In this document: positions 60,243-64,000 of the stretch, in pieces
How the letters are laid out: each line of letters opens with the position of its first letter
Position numbering within the stretch: position 1 is the first letter of the stretch
Source of the DNA: an uncultured Pseudomonadota bacterium
GTDB lineage: Bacteria > Pseudomonadota > Alphaproteobacteria > JACZXZ01
DNA: 64,000 nt
Assembly (NCBI GenBank): GCA_963749075.1
Contig: CAVVLJ010000016.1
Span: 1 to 64,000, forward strand
Direction: 5' to 3'
Made by a program: the position numbers and the translations under genes
Notes under the pieces: model-generated
What the model was told of the DNA's origin: nothing
Database searches by the model: none
The model's input: the letters and a program-made list of their open reading frames with translations, nothing else

Positions 60243-61031
60243 ATGGCACTTGCGCTCAGGAATCCGGCGCGCGAGCGGCTCGAGAAGGGCGAATTGGCGC
60301 TCGGCATCGGCATCCGCCAGGCGCGCAGCGTGGACATCGCCAAGATCATGAAGAGCTGCGGCTACGACTGGCTCTTCCTCGATCTCGAGCACGGCGTCAT
60401 GGCGCTCGACAGCGCGGTGCAGATCGCCGTGGCGGCACTCGACGCGGGCATAGCCCCTCTCGTGCGCGTGCCCTCGGGGCAATATTGGCTGGCCACGCGC
60501 GCGCTCGACGGCGGTGCGCTCGGCATCGTCATGCCGCACGTCGACAGCGCCGAGGAGGCCGCCGAGCTCGTCGACCGGCTCAAATACCCGCCCCAGGGCC
60601 ACCGCTCCTCGGGCGGCAATTTCCCGCAATTCGATTTCCGCGGCGTCGGCGCCGGCGAGGCGACCCAGGCGCTCAACGCCGGCAACCTCGTCGTCGCCAT
60701 GCTGGAGACGCCGCGCGCCATCACCAACGCCGATGCCATCGCGGCGGTGCCGGGCGTGGACGTGCTCCTCATCGGCACCAACGACTTGACGCTCGAGATG
60801 GGCATTCCGGGCAAGCTCGGCGACGCGCGCGTCGAGGCCGCCTACGAGGCCGTCGTGGCCGCCTGCCGCACGCACGGCAAGCACCCGGGCATGGGCGGCG
60901 TCTACAGCGAGGAGCTTCTCAAGCGCTATATCGGCCTCGGCATGCGCATGGTGCTCTGCGGCGGCGACCTCGGCATGATGATGAGCGCCGCCACGGCGCG
61001 CGCCGGCTTCGTGCGGGAGTGCCTGGCGTAG
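60243..61031 (+). CDS. HpcH/HpaI-family aldolase
   Basis: GYDWLFLDLEHG, RALD.GA.GI..PHV, MLET, IGTNDL. Confidence 0.9.
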   Translation: MALALRNPARERLEKGELALGIGIRQARSVDIAKIMKSCGYDWLFLDLEHGVMALDSAVQIAVAALDAGIAPLVRVPSGQYWLATRALDGGALGIVMPHVDSAEEAAELVDRLKYPPQGHRSSGGNFPQFDFRGVGAGEATQALNAGNLVVAMLETPRAITNADAIAAVPGVDVLLIGTNDLTLEMGIPGKLGDARVEAAYEAVVAACRTHGKHPGMGGVYSEELLKRYIGLGMRMVLCGGDLGMMMSAATARAGFVRECLA

Positions 61032-61038
61032 CGCAGCG

Positions 61039-61500
61039 CTACTTCACCGCGACGATCATCTCGATCTCGACGGGGATGCCGGCGGGAAGCGAGCTCATGC
61101 CGACCGCCGAGCGCGCGTGGCGCCCGCGCTCGCCGAACACCTCGACGAGAAGGTCCGAGCAGCCGTTGATCACCTTGGGGTGGTCCGTGAAGTCGGGCGC
61201 GGCATTGACCATGCCGAGCAGCTTGACGACCTCCTCGACGCGCTCGAGGTCGCCGCCGAGCGCATCGCGCGTCGCCGCGATGAGCACGAGCCCGACCTGA
61301 CGCGCGTGGCGGTAGCCCTCCTCGACGGACATGCCGGCGCCGAGCTTGCCCTTGGGCATGGTGCCGTCGGAATAGTGGGGCCCCTTGCCCGAGAGATAGA
61401 GGAGACTGCCCACGCGCTTGGCGTGGACGTAGGTCCCCATCGGCCCGCCCACCTCGGGCAATGTGATCTTGAGCTCCTTGAGCCGCGCTTCGATGCTCAT
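61039..61500 (-). CDS. RidA/YjgF-family protein
   Basis: LYLSG, VKLLG.VN, HPKVINGCSDL..EVFG..GRHARSAVG..LP…VEIE. Confidence 0.9.
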   Translation of the reverse strand: MSIEARLKELKITLPEVGGPMGTYVHAKRVGSLLYLSGKGPHYSDGTMPKGKLGAGMSVEEGYRHARQVGLVLIAATRDALGGDLERVEEVVKLLGMVNAAPDFTDHPKVINGCSDLLVEVFGERGRHARSAVGMSSLPAGIPVEIEMIVAVK

Positions 61501-61603
61501 GACGGTGGTCCCCTTCGGATGAAATGCAGGCGCGACCATAGCCGGGCGGGCCTTGCGGCGGCCAGACGATTTCTCGCCGCGCGGCCTTGACGTCGGGATT
61601 TCG

Positions 61604-62323
61604 ATGGGCCGCTATGGCGACGCCATGCAGCTCGTCCGAAGAGGCGCCCCCGCCATCGCCGCCGACAATCTCGGCCGGCCGCTCGTGCGCTTCGCCATCC
61701 GCTCGCCGACGCGGCCCGAGGTGAGTCTCATACTGGATTGCCCGGCCGCGGACCGCAGCGAGGCGCTCGAGATCGTCATGCGCAACCGCACGGCGGGCGA
61801 CGCGCCGCTGCTGCTCGACGAGGAGCGGCTCTCCAACTCGCTCGTCTCAAGCGCATGGCAGGGCTCGCTGCTCGGCAAGCGCCTCCTCGCGGGCTACGAC
61901 CGGCTGCGCTTTCTCGAGTTCAGGCGCTTCTGGGACTTTCCGATTCCGCCCGCCTGGCTCGACCACGTCGGACAGACGGGTCTCGGCGTCTCCGATCCCG
62001 TCACCTCGGAGGACGCGATCCATCTGTGGTTTCTCAACAGCGGCCTCAGGCTGCGCAAGATCTGCGACGGCGAGCGCCACCCGCATATCCGCTCGCAGAT
62101 CTACGACGTGGTCTTCTCCGCCTTCCTCCGCTGCAAAAGCGAGCTTTATCTCGTCTCGGGCCGCCCCTCCATCTTCGCCGCCGAGGCCGACGAAGCGATG
62201 GTGGAGGCCGCCATCGCGGAAAGGATGGCAGGCTGGCAGGGGCTCGCCCAGCTATTGGATGCGGTCGCGAGGCTCGCCGGCAAGACGCTGGACGAGGGGG
62301 CTACGGGGCCGGCCGGCGAGTGA
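61604..62323 (+). CDS. Hypothetical protein
   Basis: Long ORF with GC3-biased codons filling the gap; no motif recognised and start uncertain. Confidence 0.55.
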   Translation: MGRYGDAMQLVRRGAPAIAADNLGRPLVRFAIRSPTRPEVSLILDCPAADRSEALEIVMRNRTAGDAPLLLDEERLSNSLVSSAWQGSLLGKRLLAGYDRLRFLEFRRFWDFPIPPAWLDHVGQTGLGVSDPVTSEDAIHLWFLNSGLRLRKICDGERHPHIRSQIYDVVFSAFLRCKSELYLVSGRPSIFAAEADEAMVEAAIAERMAGWQGLAQLLDAVARLAGKTLDEGATGPAGE

Positions 62324-62340
62324 GCGCCGCTCGCGGCAGC

Positions 62341-62787
62341 TCAGCTGCTCACCGCCTTGGCGCCCGCCTCGGCGCAGAGATGGTCCTCCTCGCCGAGGGC
62401 GCCGCCGCAGCCGATCCCGCCGATGAGCACGCCGTCCCTAGTGATGGGGAAGCCCCCCGGCCCGATGATCATGTCGAGCTTCTCGCCGACGCCCGCCCAG
62501 AAAGCTGCGTTCTTGCCGGCCAGCTCGACATAGTCCTTGGTCGGCCGGCGGAAGCCGGCGGCCATCGTCGCCTTGCCCTTCGCGGTCTCGAAGGTGATGA
62601 AGCTGCAGGAATCACCGCGCGCGAAATAGACGAGATGGCCCCCTTCGTCGCACACCGCGACGCTGATCGTCTGGCCGAACTCCCTCGCCTTGGCCTCAGC
62701 ACCCGCCGCGGCGCGGCGGGCGAGCTCGAGGGTCATCGCGCGCGCGGGCACCTTGGCGCGCGGGTCCGCTTGCTGGCTCTGGGTCAC
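62341..62787 (-). CDS. GlcG/HbpS-family heme-binding protein
   Basis: SVAV.D.GG.L..F.R, A.GKA, GGFPI..DG..IGGIG.GG….ED..A.AG. Confidence 0.88.
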   Translation of the reverse strand: MTQSQQADPRAKVPARAMTLELARRAAAGAEAKAREFGQTISVAVCDEGGHLVYFARGDSCSFITFETAKGKATMAAGFRRPTKDYVELAGKNAAFWAGVGEKLDMIIGPGGFPITRDGVLIGGIGCGGALGEEDHLCAEAGAKAVSS

Positions 62788-62863
62788 GGCCTCTACCTTC
62801 CTTTTTTGGGGCGGCTAATGTCGCGAGCGCGGACACGCGAGTCAAGCCGGCGCGCCGGAGGGG

Positions 62864-63271
62864 TCAGCCGGGAGCAATCAGGGACAGTTTGGGAAAGTAG
62901 GCACGGTAGCGCGCCGCATCGCGTGTCATGAGCCGATATCCGGCCACGGCGGCATGGGCGCCGATGAAGAAATCCGGAAGCGGCGATCGCTTCGTTCCGC
63001 CCCGCCGCCGATAGGCGAGGCAGGACTTTCCCGCGAGAAAGGCGGCCTCGTAGGGAATCGCTTCGCGGAGGAGCAGAGCCTTCGGCAGCGCTTCCTCGAG
63101 CTCCTCGATCCGCGAATAGCGAATGGAGAGCTCGGCATAGACGACCGCATTGATGACGAGGCGGGCGCTGTCGGCGGCGCGCTCGAGCGCTGCCGCCGAC
63201 CACGAAAACCAGCGCGGGTCCTCCGTCATGACATCGAGGAGAACGTTGCTGTCGACCAATATCGTGGCCAT
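62864..63271 (-). CDS. vapC: VapC PIN-domain toxin
   Basis: LVDSNVLLD, YAEL, LPDFFIGAHA, L.TRD..RY..YFP. Confidence 0.9.
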   Translation of the reverse strand: MATILVDSNVLLDVMTEDPRWFSWSAAALERAADSARLVINAVVYAELSIRYSRIEELEEALPKALLLREAIPYEAAFLAGKSCLAYRRRGGTKRSPLPDFFIGAHAAVAGYRLMTRDAARYRAYFPKLSLIAPG

Positions 63272-63505
63272 TCAACGGTCGCGCGTCAGCGCCATGATGG
63301 CGTCGGTGCTCATCGCCACATCGCCGCGTCCGCGCAAATGGGCGACAAGGCGGGCGCCTCGGCCGTCCTTGCTCCGGGCCTTGGCGCGGACGATCCGCAC
63401 GGTCTTGCCGTCGAATTCGAACGCGACCTCCGTGTGGGGCAGCAGGCCCGCCCGTTCGCGGATTTCGGCCGGAATGGTCACCTGGCCCTTCGATGTGATG
63501 CGCAT
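63272..63505 (-). CDS. AbrB/MazE-family antitoxin
   Basis: MRITSKGQVTIP..IRE.AGL.P.TEV.F. Confidence 0.9.
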   Translation of the reverse strand: MRITSKGQVTIPAEIRERAGLLPHTEVAFEFDGKTVRIVRAKARSKDGRGARLVAHLRGRGDVAMSTDAIMALTRDR

Positions 63506-63722
63506 GGCCGCCTCCTTACGCTTACAAGTAAGAGTAAGAAAATTTCGAGATCATGGCAAGGCTCTGGCGGCCTCCAGCGCGCGGGTCCGCTTGCTGGCTC
63601 TGGCTCACGGCTTCTACCTTCCTTTTTCCGGGCGGCCAATGTCGCGAGCGCGAACGCTCGAGTGAAGCAGGCGAGACCGCCAGCGGCGTCTCAGTGTGAG
63701 TTTGCGCAAGCGGAGAGGCGTT

Positions 63723-63870
63723 CCTCTCCTCCTTCAGGAGGAGAGGAAGGGGCCCATCGCGAAGCGATGGGAAGGTGAGGAGGCCGCGCTTTGGCGCTTT
63801 GGCGAACGGCGACGTGAATTGCAAGGACACCTCCTCACCCCGACCCTCTCCTCCTGAAGGAGGAGAGGGG
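63723..63870. repeat. Inverted REP pair
   Basis: CCTCTCCTCCTTCAGGAGGAGAGG…CCCATCGCGAAGCGATGGG… and CCCTCTCCTCCTGAAGGAGGAGAGGG. Confidence 0.8.
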
Positions 63871-64000
63871 GCAGCCCGCTCCTGTCCAGCGCTCAGCTGG
63901 TCAAGAACTGCCGCAATTCTGATCGTATCACTGCCTCGTCGGCGGCAGCGTCGCGACACAGACGCTTGCGCGAGTCGTGTGGAAACATGCTGTAATCGAG

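Larger units (their letters stand above)
62756..63673. repeat. ~97-bp imperfect direct repeat (62756-62852 and 63577-63673) flanking the AbrB-VapC module
   Basis: Both copies read GCGCGCGGGTCCGCTTGCTGGCTCTGG.TCACGGC.TCTACCTTCCTTTT…GGGCGGC.AATGTCGCGAGCGCG…. Confidence 0.9.

Noticed and set aside
32967-61300. Very long antisense or alternative-frame ORFs (e.g. 41360-43924, 47009-49993, 51921-54470, 57490-59796)
   Set aside because: Shadow ORFs of high-GC genes whose real products are clearly identifiable on the other strand or frame.

Overview
High-GC alphaproteobacterial-like chromosome segment. The window opens on ATC GAG TGG GAG TGA (IEWE*), the conserved 3' end of guaA or an att copy of it. 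This core recurs at 25228 and 26675, each time preceded by a homologous ~240-bp end carrying TGACGGT arm-like motifs and IHF-like sites. Together these define two tandem guaA-targeted elements with no integrase gene in view. Element A (~25 kb) carries a GNAT/RHH toxin-antitoxin pair, a complete type I-G (I-U) operon (cas3, csx17/cas8g, csb1/cas7, csb2, cas4-cas1, cas2) and a CRISPR array of about 179 repeats counted by hand. cas3 and cas4-cas1 each have a 1-bp frameshift. Element B (~1.45 kb) carries a 3-methyladenine glycosylase and a SnoaL-like gene. The array reveals a likely TTC PAM from overlapping spacers, a re-acquired protospacer, a Mu-like portal target, AT-richer oldest spacers, and 26 leader-proximal spacers that look like consensus averages of a heterogeneous population. 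A dense, partly decayed TA cluster follows (27-32 kb), then core-type genes (acyl-CoA dehydrogenase, SDR, cspA, M20 peptidase, AruH-like aminotransferase, NdvB-like glucan synthase, dppABCDF, uvrD, prmA, aminopeptidase P, aldolase, RidA, GlcG), REP-like palindromes, and an AbrB-VapC module bracketed by a ~97-bp duplication. All calls are by eye; no searches were run.
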